Below, piece after piece: positions 48,120 through 56,628 of a DNA stretch of 58,634 bases. Origin of the DNA: a virus (Duplodnaviria; Caudoviricetes); IMG/VR virus record IMGVR_UViG_3300021180_000013, positions 1-58,634 of that record; one strand, written 5' to 3'. The notes below the pieces were generated by a model. That model ran no database searches, was not told where the DNA came from, and worked only from the letters and a program-made list of their open reading frames with translations. Position numbers and translations under genes: made by a program. Numbering within the stretch: position 1 is the first letter of the stretch; every line of letters begins with the position of its first letter.

Positions 48120-48319
48120 TTACTGACGCTCACCTGCTCACAAGACTTATACCGGTTGAAATCACACGTCATCATCGAGCCACTGACCCGACACACGATA
48201 TCACTAGTGATACACTCGTGCGGGATGACGACGACCGTAATGGGCTTCTTCGCCGCACAGCCACTAAGCAGTAACGTCCCCGCTACCCACGCGCACAAAC
48301 TCCATCGTCTTAAGATCAA
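48116..48319 (-). CDS. small lipoprotein
   Basis: Lipobox LLLSGC followed by a Cys-rich mature part. Confidence 0.6.
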   Translation of the reverse strand: MILRRWSLCAWVAGTLLLSGCAAKKPITVVVIPHECITSDIVCRVSGSMMTCDFNRYKSCEQVSVSK

Positions 48320-48515
48320 GTCGATACTCCTTTTGATCGTACCCTAGTTTCTCCGCGACAGCCCGAATACCAGCGTTAAGTGATTCCACTGCAGCCTTCA
48401 TCTGCTCATTCACCTGCTGCTGCGTCGCTTGGATACGATACGCCTCGACCTCTAGTGTGCGGATCGTGAGTTTATCTTCGGCTGTCAAAAACGCCTGCGT
48501 CTCTTTTTCATCCAT
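48264..48515 (-). CDS. coiled-coil hypothetical protein
   Basis: ATG 48515 (MDEKETQAF) coupled to the stop of the NusG-like gene. Confidence 0.6.
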   Translation of the reverse strand: MDEKETQAFLTAEDKLTIRTLEVEAYRIQATQQQVNEQMKAAVESLNAGIRAVAEKLGYDQKEYRLDLKTMEFVRVGSGDVTA

Positions 48516-49068
48516 TGTAGTAGTATTTTCTCCTATCCTTCGGAATATCCAACTTAAGTAGCGCCCTAACCGGGATCCTAATTCGAAGATTGCGAGTAGT
48601 AAGGCTGCAGCGAACGTCGGCAATATCAGCATCAATACTAATAACGTTTCCACAGAGCATCCTCCTCTCCCCCAGCAATATCCTCACAAAACTCCCTTTC
48701 TTCACCCCCTCCGACCAACCCCCACTCACCTGTTCACTTTTTGCGATCATCTGTTCTCCGAATGAGGACGGGATTTCCAGTGGTGTCGACTCATTCGCCA
48801 TTGTCACGCCCTGCACCCCCATTACCGTGCGGATATCCTTGAGCACGCGGAGATCACGGCATTGAATAAGGATGTTGGGATAGAACAGTACGACTCCGCC
48901 GAGATCCCTCGTCTCTACCGGGAACAGAATACGAAACGCTTCGTCGCGTTTGCGCACCCAGCGGACGAGGTGTAAGCAAATCTCCTCCAACCGCGCGTCC
49001 GACGCTAACTCCAACTGCGCCCAGGGTAGCTTCTCGAAACCTTTCGTTTTACCTTGGGTTAGTAGCAT
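48508..49068 (-). CDS. NusG/RfaH-family transcription elongation factor (NGN + KOW)
   Basis: N-terminal W..(F/Y)P-N-ILI..IRTVMGVQGV; C-terminal KOW-like KKGSFVRILLGERRMLCGNV; 186 aa. Confidence 0.75.
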   Translation of the reverse strand: MLLTQGKTKGFEKLPWAQLELASDARLEEICLHLVRWVRKRDEAFRILFPVETRDLGGVVLFYPNILIQCRDLRVLKDIRTVMGVQGVTMANESTPLEIPSSFGEQMIAKSEQVSGGWSEGVKKGSFVRILLGERRMLCGNVISIDADIADVRCSLTTRNLRIRIPVRALLKLDIPKDRRKYYYNG

Positions 49069-49604
49069 TATCGGGCCGGACCATCAGGCGTCATAGGACT
49101 AAACAACACCTCCACATCCTCAGCACCAATACTAACAACAAACTCACCTAGCACGCTGGGCTCAGTTACCCTCAACTCCCCCCGTTGCTCACTCGACGTC
49201 TTGAACGACAACACACTCTCCGGCAACGCTCCCGTAGCACTCACACTCGCGATCCCATCCACACCTAACTCCAACGCCTGCCATACCTGTTTCTGTCTCA
49301 TCCCTAACGTCCGCCCGATCTGCTCCTGCGTCCGCCCGAGAAGAAAATATTGATAAAAAATATCCTGTATCACATGCGGGAGATACGCTACTAACTCAAG
49401 GAACCTCTCGGGCTGCTCCTCAGCCATCGCCCGCGCCATCTTACTCTTCTTCCTATTCGGCGACGCTTGCCAATCATCAGCTGAATGAGCCTCAGCGGAG
49501 ACAAGCTGAGACCCCGACAACGCCCCGTCGGGATCATCCTTGAACAACCTCTCCGCGAGATGATCGCTCGACGTCTCGTACGCTGATTTTTTCTCGTCGT
49601 TCAT
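49068..49604 (-). CDS. sigma70 region 4-like HTH regulator
   Basis: LPHVIQDIFYQYFLLGRTQEQIGRTLGMRQKQVWQAL. Confidence 0.65.
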   Translation of the reverse strand: MNDEKKSAYETSSDHLAERLFKDDPDGALSGSQLVSAEAHSADDWQASPNRKKSKMARAMAEEQPERFLELVAYLPHVIQDIFYQYFLLGRTQEQIGRTLGMRQKQVWQALELGVDGIASVSATGALPESVLSFKTSSEQRGELRVTEPSVLGEFVVSIGAEDVEVLFSPMTPDGPAR

Positions 49605-49771
49605 TTAAACAGGAGTATACCTGCTGCCATTCCGCAGAAGAACGGCGCGAAATCGTAAAGCCAGAATGCTTTACCGTCCGGCGTCTCCCATTTGATCCAA
49701 GGATTGATAACAAATGCTTGGAAGCCATGAAGCACAAAAACGATACCAATGAACTCAATCCAGTGTTTCAT
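49601..49771 (-). CDS. small two-TM membrane protein (56 aa, MKHWIEFIGIVFVLHG...)
   Basis: ATG directly after the promoter; TGA overlaps the next ATG; below the ORF-track cutoff. Confidence 0.6.
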   Translation of the reverse strand: MKHWIEFIGIVFVLHGFQAFVINPWIKWETPDGKAFWLYDFAPFFCGMAAGILLFK

Positions 49772-49779
49772 ACTCCCTC

Positions 49780-49808
49780 ATATTACCAATATTATGACAA
49801 AGTGTCAA
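49780..49808 (-). promoter_or_regulatory. sigma70-like promoter with TGAC-N5-GTCA palindrome
   Basis: Minus strand TTGACA-17 nt-TAATAT; TGACACTTTGTCA overlaps the -35 box. Confidence 0.72.
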
Positions 49809-49815
49809 ATTGAGA

Positions 49816-50160
49816 TCAATCGCCGAATCCAGCGACGTAGCTGTTCAACTCACCCTTTTCTACTCGCGGCCTCTGCTGCTCCTCCCGCCAACACAGCAAC
49901 AATAAACAATAATTCGCCAGATCCAACAACGTATCCTCGATCGTCTCATCCGCTACCTGCAGATCCCTCTTCTCATATAACGCCGTTTTAATCCTCTTCC
50001 ATTTATCACTCATCCTGACCAGAAACCCTAACTCACCGAACTCACGAAAATTAGCAAACGGATCATCACTCGACCCATAATCGTTATTCTTCGTCTCTGT
50101 GATCCTCGCCATTCGCAACGTCAACTCCCGATGCTTATCGATCAACTGTTCTCGCGTCAT
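49816..50160 (-). CDS. nucleotide-modification-associated domain protein (DUF1599-like, MazG/dUTPase-like helical fold)
   Basis: KNNDYG..PFANF..RMSDKWKR..ETIEDTLLDLANY. Confidence 0.78.
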   Translation of the reverse strand: MTREQLIDKHRELTLRMARITETKNNDYGSSDDPFANFREFGELGFLVRMSDKWKRIKTALYEKRDLQVADETIEDTLLDLANYCLLLLCWREEQQRPRVEKGELNSYVAGFGD

Positions 50161-50921
50161 CCGTTAGTCACCTTCGCTCCGTCCTCAGATTTCACTTCCC
50201 TCGCCCAGCCGCCACAATCCTGGCACTGTAACCTTCGATACCTTCTCCCCTGCGTCACCGCGAACCCGCGATAAATCAACCTCTTCGCCCCACACTTAGG
50301 ACACACGCGCTCCAACTTCCCCGCTAACACACTGAAATTAGGATGATTACTGATCCACGGTCTTAGTCTAAGATAAAGCTTCTCAAGAAGCAATATATCT
50401 TTCTTGTTGTACGCGATCATTTGATCCCACGCCTTGCGCACCCCGTTGATACAATTTTCCCAAAGGTCAAAATCGGTCTTAATCTTCTTCTCGTTTTCCA
50501 GCAGGAAAGAGAGATCATCGAGCTTATTACTATTGAATCTCGCGACCCGCTTCACCGCTTTCTTGGTATCAACAGTCTTGAACGGTCGTGGCGGGGAGAG
50601 CCTATGGAAGATAAACCTAGCCTGTATCACCTTCACATCGAACTGATCGCCGTTATGTGCGACAATGATATCCGCTTCGTCAACAAGATTCCACAGATCA
50701 GCCACTAGCTTTGTATCGTCGTAAGACCCCGGTTTATATCCCTTGTAATCACATAACCCCTTAGCAAACACTTCTTTCTCGTCTAGCCATTTCGCCGCGT
50801 ACGTCGCTAGACACGTCTGCTCCTTGAACCGAATCACATTTTGATCATACATACCCCAGACGAACGCCTGATTTGGGAACGTTTCGATATCCAAGAACAG
50901 AATACGCGGGAGTTTAGTCAT
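50157..50921 (-). CDS. DnaQ/RNase H-like 3'-5' exonuclease with C-terminal zinc ribbon
   Basis: LFLDIET, AHNGDQFD, VDT, YNKKD; CPKC..CQDC; start ATG 50921. Confidence 0.85.
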   Translation of the reverse strand: MTKLPRILFLDIETFPNQAFVWGMYDQNVIRFKEQTCLATYAAKWLDEKEVFAKGLCDYKGYKPGSYDDTKLVADLWNLVDEADIIVAHNGDQFDVKVIQARFIFHRLSPPRPFKTVDTKKAVKRVARFNSNKLDDLSFLLENEKKIKTDFDLWENCINGVRKAWDQMIAYNKKDILLLEKLYLRLRPWISNHPNFSVLAGKLERVCPKCGAKRLIYRGFAVTQGRRYRRLQCQDCGGWAREVKSEDGAKVTNG

Positions 50922-50927
50922 AGCACG

Positions 50928-50957
50928 AGAGTAACCTAAACCTGTGACAAATGTCAA
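50928..50957 (-). promoter_or_regulatory. sigma70-like promoter with TGAC-N4-GTCA palindrome, leaderless
   Basis: Minus strand TTGACA-18 nt-TACTCT; ATG follows 6 nt later. Confidence 0.6.
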
Positions 50958-50958
50958 A

Positions 50959-52929
50959 TTATTTCTGATCTCGCCAGTTCGGACCAACAGACGGCTCAGC
51001 CGGTATCACGAGATCGCCCACCTCAGACAACCTCACTTCCATATCCTCCTGTAACCACTGTTTTGCTAGTTTGGGATCCACGGATTCGTGCGTGTAACAG
51101 AGCACCTCATCATGCACCTGCAGTATCGGTCTCTGTAGCTTCTCTCGCTCCCACCTCTTCCAACAATTCAGTAACGCCAGCTTCGTTACATGGCTCACAG
51201 GATTCTGCTGCTGGATCCCTTGCGCGATCTTCATCTTATCCTCAGGCATACCATACATAGGTATCACATACCCGAACGGCGTCCGTACACAATTCTCCGT
51301 CTCTACCTGTCTACTCACTTCACGCTGGAACGCCCGTACCCCAGGAAAGCGCTCAAAATACCTCTCACTGATCTCCAGCGCCATCTTCCTGTGCTCCCAT
51401 GACGCGTCACCGAAGCACCGGCGAGCTAAGTTAGCTCCAGTAAAAGTCACTGTCTTCCCCGCGAACGTCCATCCGTCACACACCGTCCTCGCTCCTGCAG
51501 CGATCTCCGCCCTCAGCTTCACCGACCGCAACGCCCCCGGATCCTTCAACTGCAACCCCTCAAGAATATTATTAGCATGCTGGATACTCTTCGCCGCATT
51601 CCTCGCCGATCCCTCACGAATAGCAATCTCCCAGTCATCCTGTATACCGACCATATCCTTGACCCAGGTATGCAGGTCGGTCTCACGATCGATCGTATAC
51701 CCGCCACGATGAAGCACATAACGATTCTCAGCGTTAGATAAGTCAGCTCTCGTTATATACCACCCCTCTGGCGCTACGATCGCCCTTCTTATCTTCTTCC
51801 CTACACTCTCCCCTTTGAACTTCGCGCACGTTTGCGTTGGATGGGCCTGCTTTGCGGCGCCGCATACACAGACCTTACGGCTAACGCGTCGCTTAGCAAC
51901 GTTTTGAAAGTTAGGAGAGCTACAGGCCAAGCGTCCGCTACTAGTGAAGAAGTTAAGTCGTGGATGGACGAATCCGTAAGCGTCCATGTACCCTCGTAAC
52001 CAGCCATTTTTATCACGATACTCACGTTCGAACCATCTGTCAGTGCCATTCCCTAGCTCCTTATAGTCTAATAGTAAAACTAACTCCTCCGGCGCCGCGT
52101 CCTCTAATTCCTCCACAACCTCCCGAACCGTCTCCTCCTGCGCATCGCTGAGCTTCACCCCTTTATCCGCGAAGTAGCTCATCACTGCTTTCGGGGACTT
52201 AGGATTAAACGGCAACACCTTCTCAATCTCTTCCTTATCATGCCGGAACTGGGCGTTCAGATCATCAACATACCCTTCGTCAATCTTGACCCCATAATCC
52301 TGCATCTGCGCTAGCACATACGCTAGCTCACGATGCATCGGGTAAAGACGATCTACTTTCCTGAGTCGGGCCTGTCTTTGTAACTTTGGTAAGGTAAGAA
52401 CTGGGCCGAGACTGTCAATTCCGTTGTATTCGAAAGGTGCGTGCTTTGGGCAAGCTCCTGTACAATTTTCTCCGCGACAGTCTTTGTAATGGGACAGATC
52501 TGAATAGATACTAAGCAAGGTTGACAAATTGAAGAAACCACGTCCTCTTCGTTCTCCGCCATCTTCTTCTAACGCCGCCTTTTGTGTGGATTTTGCTAGA
52601 TTAGGATTAACTAACCACATATATATAATAGTATCTTCGCATTGTTCAAGCGGCATTTTCAACCCTAGTTTCTCTAGGACTAACAAATCCGCCGCGACAA
52701 TATTATGCCCGACCCATCGTATCTCAGGTCGAGATAATAACTCCCTGAACTGATCAACACCGTCTTCGAACGGAACACTGACCGTCCGCTCACCGTCCGA
52801 TAATCCCAATATCGTCGGCTGACCAGACTGATTCCACTCAAGGTCGTTTCCAATAACATCGCCCTCAAGTAGATCAATGACCTCAGGATCACGGTTAACG
52901 AACGGTAACTCAGGCAGGAATTTGTACAT
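50959..52929 (-). CDS. family A DNA polymerase with 3'-5' exonuclease domain
   Basis: ExoI DLE, ExoII GHN..AD, ExoIII YNGID; SGRLACSSPNFQN; motif A ADLSNAENR; motif B RNAAKSIQH; motif C QVHDE. Confidence 0.95.
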   Translation of the reverse strand: MYKFLPELPFVNRDPEVIDLLEGDVIGNDLEWNQSGQPTILGLSDGERTVSVPFEDGVDQFRELLSRPEIRWVGHNIVAADLLVLEKLGLKMPLEQCEDTIIYMWLVNPNLAKSTQKAALEEDGGERRGRGFFNLSTLLSIYSDLSHYKDCRGENCTGACPKHAPFEYNGIDSLGPVLTLPKLQRQARLRKVDRLYPMHRELAYVLAQMQDYGVKIDEGYVDDLNAQFRHDKEEIEKVLPFNPKSPKAVMSYFADKGVKLSDAQEETVREVVEELEDAAPEELVLLLDYKELGNGTDRWFEREYRDKNGWLRGYMDAYGFVHPRLNFFTSSGRLACSSPNFQNVAKRRVSRKVCVCGAAKQAHPTQTCAKFKGESVGKKIRRAIVAPEGWYITRADLSNAENRYVLHRGGYTIDRETDLHTWVKDMVGIQDDWEIAIREGSARNAAKSIQHANNILEGLQLKDPGALRSVKLRAEIAAGARTVCDGWTFAGKTVTFTGANLARRCFGDASWEHRKMALEISERYFERFPGVRAFQREVSRQVETENCVRTPFGYVIPMYGMPEDKMKIAQGIQQQNPVSHVTKLALLNCWKRWEREKLQRPILQVHDEVLCYTHESVDPKLAKQWLQEDMEVRLSEVGDLVIPAEPSVGPNWRDQK

Positions 52930-53246
52930 TAGTCTTCATAAATCACTGGAATACCGAGTTCAATAGCAAGATTAATCTCATCTGTCGCCCCTGAAGATTG
53001 TTTCCATGTCGGTAAAGCAATGACAACATCACACCGACGCATGATTTCCTTATCACCCTCTAACCAAACTTGATCCATCTCTTTTGGGATCGCGCCATCG
53101 AAGTTTGCTGTGTTCGTATGAGGACAAACAACTGCGTAGCCGAGCTTCCAATATTTGAGTGCAACAGCTTCAGCCGCTCGTACCTTTTGTACAATACCCC
53201 AAAAAGTGGCATCGCGAAATGGCCCAGCAATATACGCAACTTTCAT
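52929..53246 (-). CDS. DUF4406/nucleoside 2-deoxyribosyltransferase-like protein
   Basis: AYIAGP..CPH..CDVVIALPTWKQSSGATDEINLA..GIPV. Confidence 0.75.
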   Translation of the reverse strand: MKVAYIAGPFRDATFWGIVQKVRAAEAVALKYWKLGYAVVCPHTNTANFDGAIPKEMDQVWLEGDKEIMRRCDVVIALPTWKQSSGATDEINLAIELGIPVIYED

Positions 53247-53776
53247 TTCTTTTTCTCCACAGTCACAATCGTATCATTGTGCACCGCGCCATGAGACACA
53301 AGAAGAATCTCCAGCATCTCATACCCACGCTTCAATCCGAATCCCATCGAGTTCCAGCCACAGCAGATAGCTATTCCCTCTGGTCGGAGCATTCTATCTA
53401 AACCGTCTTTTACTCGCTTGTATAGACGCGCATTCTGCGTATCCTGGGTACTACATTTCTTACCAATATGCTGATAGCATTCACTGATCTGTCGAGGAGA
53501 ATAGGGTGGATCAAATAGAACAACATCCGCAGCGCCGTCAGCCACATGATTCTGTACAAACTCTTCTGCGGGTAAATGAAACTGAGCAGTAGTATTCGGA
53601 TTCAAATCATTAGTTATAGTTGCCCAATTTGAATTCCTGGCAAATGGATCGACGATAACTAATGAGCTGCCTTGTGGCAATACCTTACCCATTAACCAAC
53701 GTTCAAGTAAATCCGTAATTGGATCTATCTTAAACGTCTCACTATTAGGCATTGCAAACTGACGATTGAATATCAT
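53243..53776 (-). CDS. N6-adenine/N4-cytosine DNA methyltransferase-like protein
   Basis: VDPFA SAM-binding motif and FDPPYS catalytic motif. Confidence 0.8.
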   Translation of the reverse strand: MIFNRQFAMPNSETFKIDPITDLLERWLMGKVLPQGSSLVIVDPFARNSNWATITNDLNPNTTAQFHLPAEEFVQNHVADGAADVVLFDPPYSPRQISECYQHIGKKCSTQDTQNARLYKRVKDGLDRMLRPEGIAICCGWNSMGFGLKRGYEMLEILLVSHGAVHNDTIVTVEKKK

Positions 53777-54647
53777 TCGCGGACTCGTACTTCAACCAAC
53801 AAGCTCTACAGGGGTTCTTAGGAGGATTACGACCCTTATATCTCACACAACTCTTACAATTATCACTCAACTCCTCAGGCTTAGCAACTACTTTCTTCGT
53901 TTTCTTTTGCTTACCCGTGTACGCGAAAGCTTCCTTGTATGTTTCGGACCAGTTCTCTGGGAGGGCGGCGTAATGCCCGCGCCATTTCGTAACATTGCTT
54001 GCATATCGCATGAAAGCTGCAGCAGCTTTTCCTCCAAGGAGTGCAAGCACTCGTCTGCCTTGTGCGGTGAAATCCCTAACTTTTTCAAAGTCTTTGATTG
54101 CCAACGGGAGCGGAGTAATTTCTCGCAAAATTCCACTCGGATGTAATCCAAGAACAACGGTATCAGGTCGAAACGCGCCGATACGATCATATTGTCGGCA
54201 ATGCTGCTCAGCAGCTTTTTTCGAGTCGCCCGTAGGATACGGCGTGCCACTTTTCCCTTTGGGAGGCAGACACCGGATCGTGTTGTCGATGAAGACGTCT
54301 TCTCTCCTGATCCCGACTTTACCCCAGATCCAGTGTTGTAGAGCAAGCCCCGTGGGACCGACTGCCGGTACACCAGTTCGGATGCTTCCGTTAGAAAGCT
54401 CGGGATAGTCTCTTTGTCGAATACTAATTTCTTCCTCACACTCCTCCTTCGTTGATAGAAACGACCGGTGGGCGTTCGGGGTCAGGGTGAAGCTAATTTC
54501 CTGACTCCCGGGCGCCTCAAGTACAACGAGGAACTTAGCTTTCGCTGGGTCGCCACATCCCAATACAAATCCCTTACCAGTCTTATCTAACGGACAACCT
54601 CTACACCCACTTGGATGGTGATTCTGATACCCTTCACTCTCGCTCAT
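53745..54647 (-). CDS. uracil-DNA glycosylase family 4-like protein (Fe-S type)
   Basis: CRGCPL, VLEAPG, VGPTG, NTIRCLPP, HC, LHPSGILR, LGGKA..TKWRG. Confidence 0.75.
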   Translation of the reverse strand: MSESEGYQNHHPSGCRGCPLDKTGKGFVLGCGDPAKAKFLVVLEAPGSQEISFTLTPNAHRSFLSTKEECEEEISIRQRDYPELSNGSIRTGVPAVGPTGLALQHWIWGKVGIRREDVFIDNTIRCLPPKGKSGTPYPTGDSKKAAEQHCRQYDRIGAFRPDTVVLGLHPSGILREITPLPLAIKDFEKVRDFTAQGRRVLALLGGKAAAAFMRYASNVTKWRGHYAALPENWSETYKEAFAYTGKQKKTKKVVAKPEELSDNCKSCVRYKGRNPPKNPCRACWLKYESANDIQSSVCNA

Positions 54648-56299
54648 TTCCTCCCCGCCAAAGCCGTATTAACTAACACCATATTCGCCCCGGCGGACGC
54701 ATTCACTCCGTTACCTGCAGGCCATGGCGACCGCCCATGCCAAGGTAATGACGATGGCAACCAGTTATTCCCAGTGAGCGACGACGTGCCGGTCCAGCAC
54801 GCGGCGAACTCTTGTGCCAACGACCCAGCGGTAACACTGAAGCAATTATTGACCCCGCCTCCGCTAGAGTAAGCCCCCATCTGCCCCGGGTCCGCTACAT
54901 TGTTCGTAAAGCTGATATTCGGCGTGCCGGTGGGTGGCGCGGCAACATTCAACACCCCCTGCGCATTCGTGCCGACCGGCGACGACGCGTACGTCATCCA
55001 GCCGTCGTTGAGGAACGTATTATGATCAATAACGACATCGTGTAACGTCGCTGGAGGAACGTTCGTCGATGAGTACCCCGCACCAATACCGATCGGATAC
55101 GAGCCACAAGCATAGCATGTAGGATACTGGATATGATCCACGAGATTATCATGTACCGATATCCTCCCCTCGTCCGCAGGCCAGTACCCAGGATCACTCT
55201 GTGAGTACCCAATTTGGAACGCTTGGCCGACGTACGATATGTAATTATATCTGATCGTTACGTCGGTGACTTGGCACACGGGACAGCCGTTCGTCCCGGC
55301 GTTCTTCGCAGTGAGCAACACCCCCGCCCCGACCTGCGTGAACCCACCCCAAGTATTCGTCATTCGATTACCCGTGATCAGTACTCTCGACGCATTCTTC
55401 AGCTCAAGTAAATTCTTGACGATCCACGGGTGCGGTAGACCGTCCTTACCAACTGTCGGCGCGTACGTCGGGTCATGTGGATTCCACGCCCATGGCTTAT
55501 TGAAATCATTGTACGCGATCACTATATTCGACGGAGTGAATAACGCAGGCGAGCCCCCGAATATAATATTCTCACCCGCCGCCTCAAGGTAATTATTAAC
55601 GATCTTGAAATTACCGTCAGCAACGGTCGATCCGCCACCGCTAATAGCTTGGCTGTCGCCACACGCCCCTACTAACGCCCTGCAATGAAACTCGCTGAAC
55701 CAGGAGTTCTGTATCGTAACATTATACGTATTATTCAGAATAATCCCACGGTTCGTCTCATCAATCGCTGTCCCTGCGAACCACATACGATCAATCACCA
55801 CATCATGCGATCCGCTGAAGTTCATCAGGTTATACACAACGCCCGTACCGCTAGGCCTCGTGACCTCAACACCGAACCATCTAACGAACTGCCCCGGCAT
55901 CACCGTTGCGCTTGATGTCGTAATAACAATACGAGGCAGCGCTCCGGGCTTGCTATAGTACTCTGGTCCTTTCAATCGCGTCGACCAACTCGGGAGGTAG
56001 TTATCCGGTGCGTTAACGCGGATGTAGCACCACGCGGTCGCTGTACACTTCGGGCCAACGATCGTTACAGCCGTATCGAAATCAGTCTGAGGAAGAAGGA
56101 AAATCGTCCCGGGCTTCGCTGCTGCGAACACGGCGTTAAGATTATCCGTTGGTTTAACGACTACTTGGATATTCGCTGAGGGAGTAGCTGAGAACGGAGT
56201 AGGTGTGTAGTATGTTTGACTCGGTAACGCCGCAGGCCCGTCCGTCTGCGCGTACGCTACACTTACACTCACTAGCAACAAAAGAATAATCTTCTTCAT
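54644..56299 (-). CDS. secreted right-handed beta-helix (pectin lyase-like) protein
   Basis: Signal peptide MKKIILLLLVSVSVAYA after AAAGGA; Asn-ladder repeats (IVNNYLEAAGEN, LELKNA, ITGN, IRYN, IDHNT). Confidence 0.8.
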   Translation of the reverse strand: MKKIILLLLVSVSVAYAQTDGPAALPSQTYYTPTPFSATPSANIQVVVKPTDNLNAVFAAAKPGTIFLLPQTDFDTAVTIVGPKCTATAWCYIRVNAPDNYLPSWSTRLKGPEYYSKPGALPRIVITTSSATVMPGQFVRWFGVEVTRPSGTGVVYNLMNFSGSHDVVIDRMWFAGTAIDETNRGIILNNTYNVTIQNSWFSEFHCRALVGACGDSQAISGGGSTVADGNFKIVNNYLEAAGENIIFGGSPALFTPSNIVIAYNDFNKPWAWNPHDPTYAPTVGKDGLPHPWIVKNLLELKNASRVLITGNRMTNTWGGFTQVGAGVLLTAKNAGTNGCPVCQVTDVTIRYNYISYVGQAFQIGYSQSDPGYWPADEGRISVHDNLVDHIQYPTCYACGSYPIGIGAGYSSTNVPPATLHDVVIDHNTFLNDGWMTYASSPVGTNAQGVLNVAAPPTGTPNISFTNNVADPGQMGAYSSGGGVNNCFSVTAGSLAQEFAACWTGTSSLTGNNWLPSSLPWHGRSPWPAGNGVNASAGANMVLVNTALAGRK

Positions 56300-56325
56300 A
56301 TTCATCCTTTGTGGCCAGAGAAGTA

Positions 56326-56628
56326 TCCGGGGGATCGTGTGAGCAGGTACGCCCGCACGCCCCCGGACAGGTCCGAGTTGGGCCTCGGCGCCGTTCGCTG
56401 AAGGCGAGGAACCGGGAGTTCGGTCTCGATCCCTCGGCCCGATCAGCATTCACCCGTGCCGTTGCGAGACGCGTCGGTGACGGAGTGAAGTTACAATGAA
56501 TTGCGGAGGAGGAAAGGAGGCACGGTTACAAGCCTTGTTAACCCTCACGAGTTAACGCTCCTCCGCAAAGTGATCACGGAATGAGAGCGCACGCCCCACC
56601 CACGGGGATTTTACTCTCACTCCGCAAA
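56326..56628. ncRNA. candidate multi-domain structured RNA / leader
   Basis: Five adjacent stem-loop domains, including TTGCGGAGGAG/CTCCTCCGCAA, TCCGGGGG/CCCCCGGA and GGGCC/GGCCC. Confidence 0.45.

Noticed and set aside
56380-56440. HDV-like ribozyme or tRNA suggested by TTCCTCGC (minus strand) and a multiloop
   Set aside because: Could not build the P1/P3/P1.1 nested pseudoknot; no T-loop (GTTCRA) or CCA end.
56300-56449. N-terminal extension of the beta-helix ORF as given in the track
   Set aside because: A signal peptide and RBS start at 56299; the extension overlaps the structured region.
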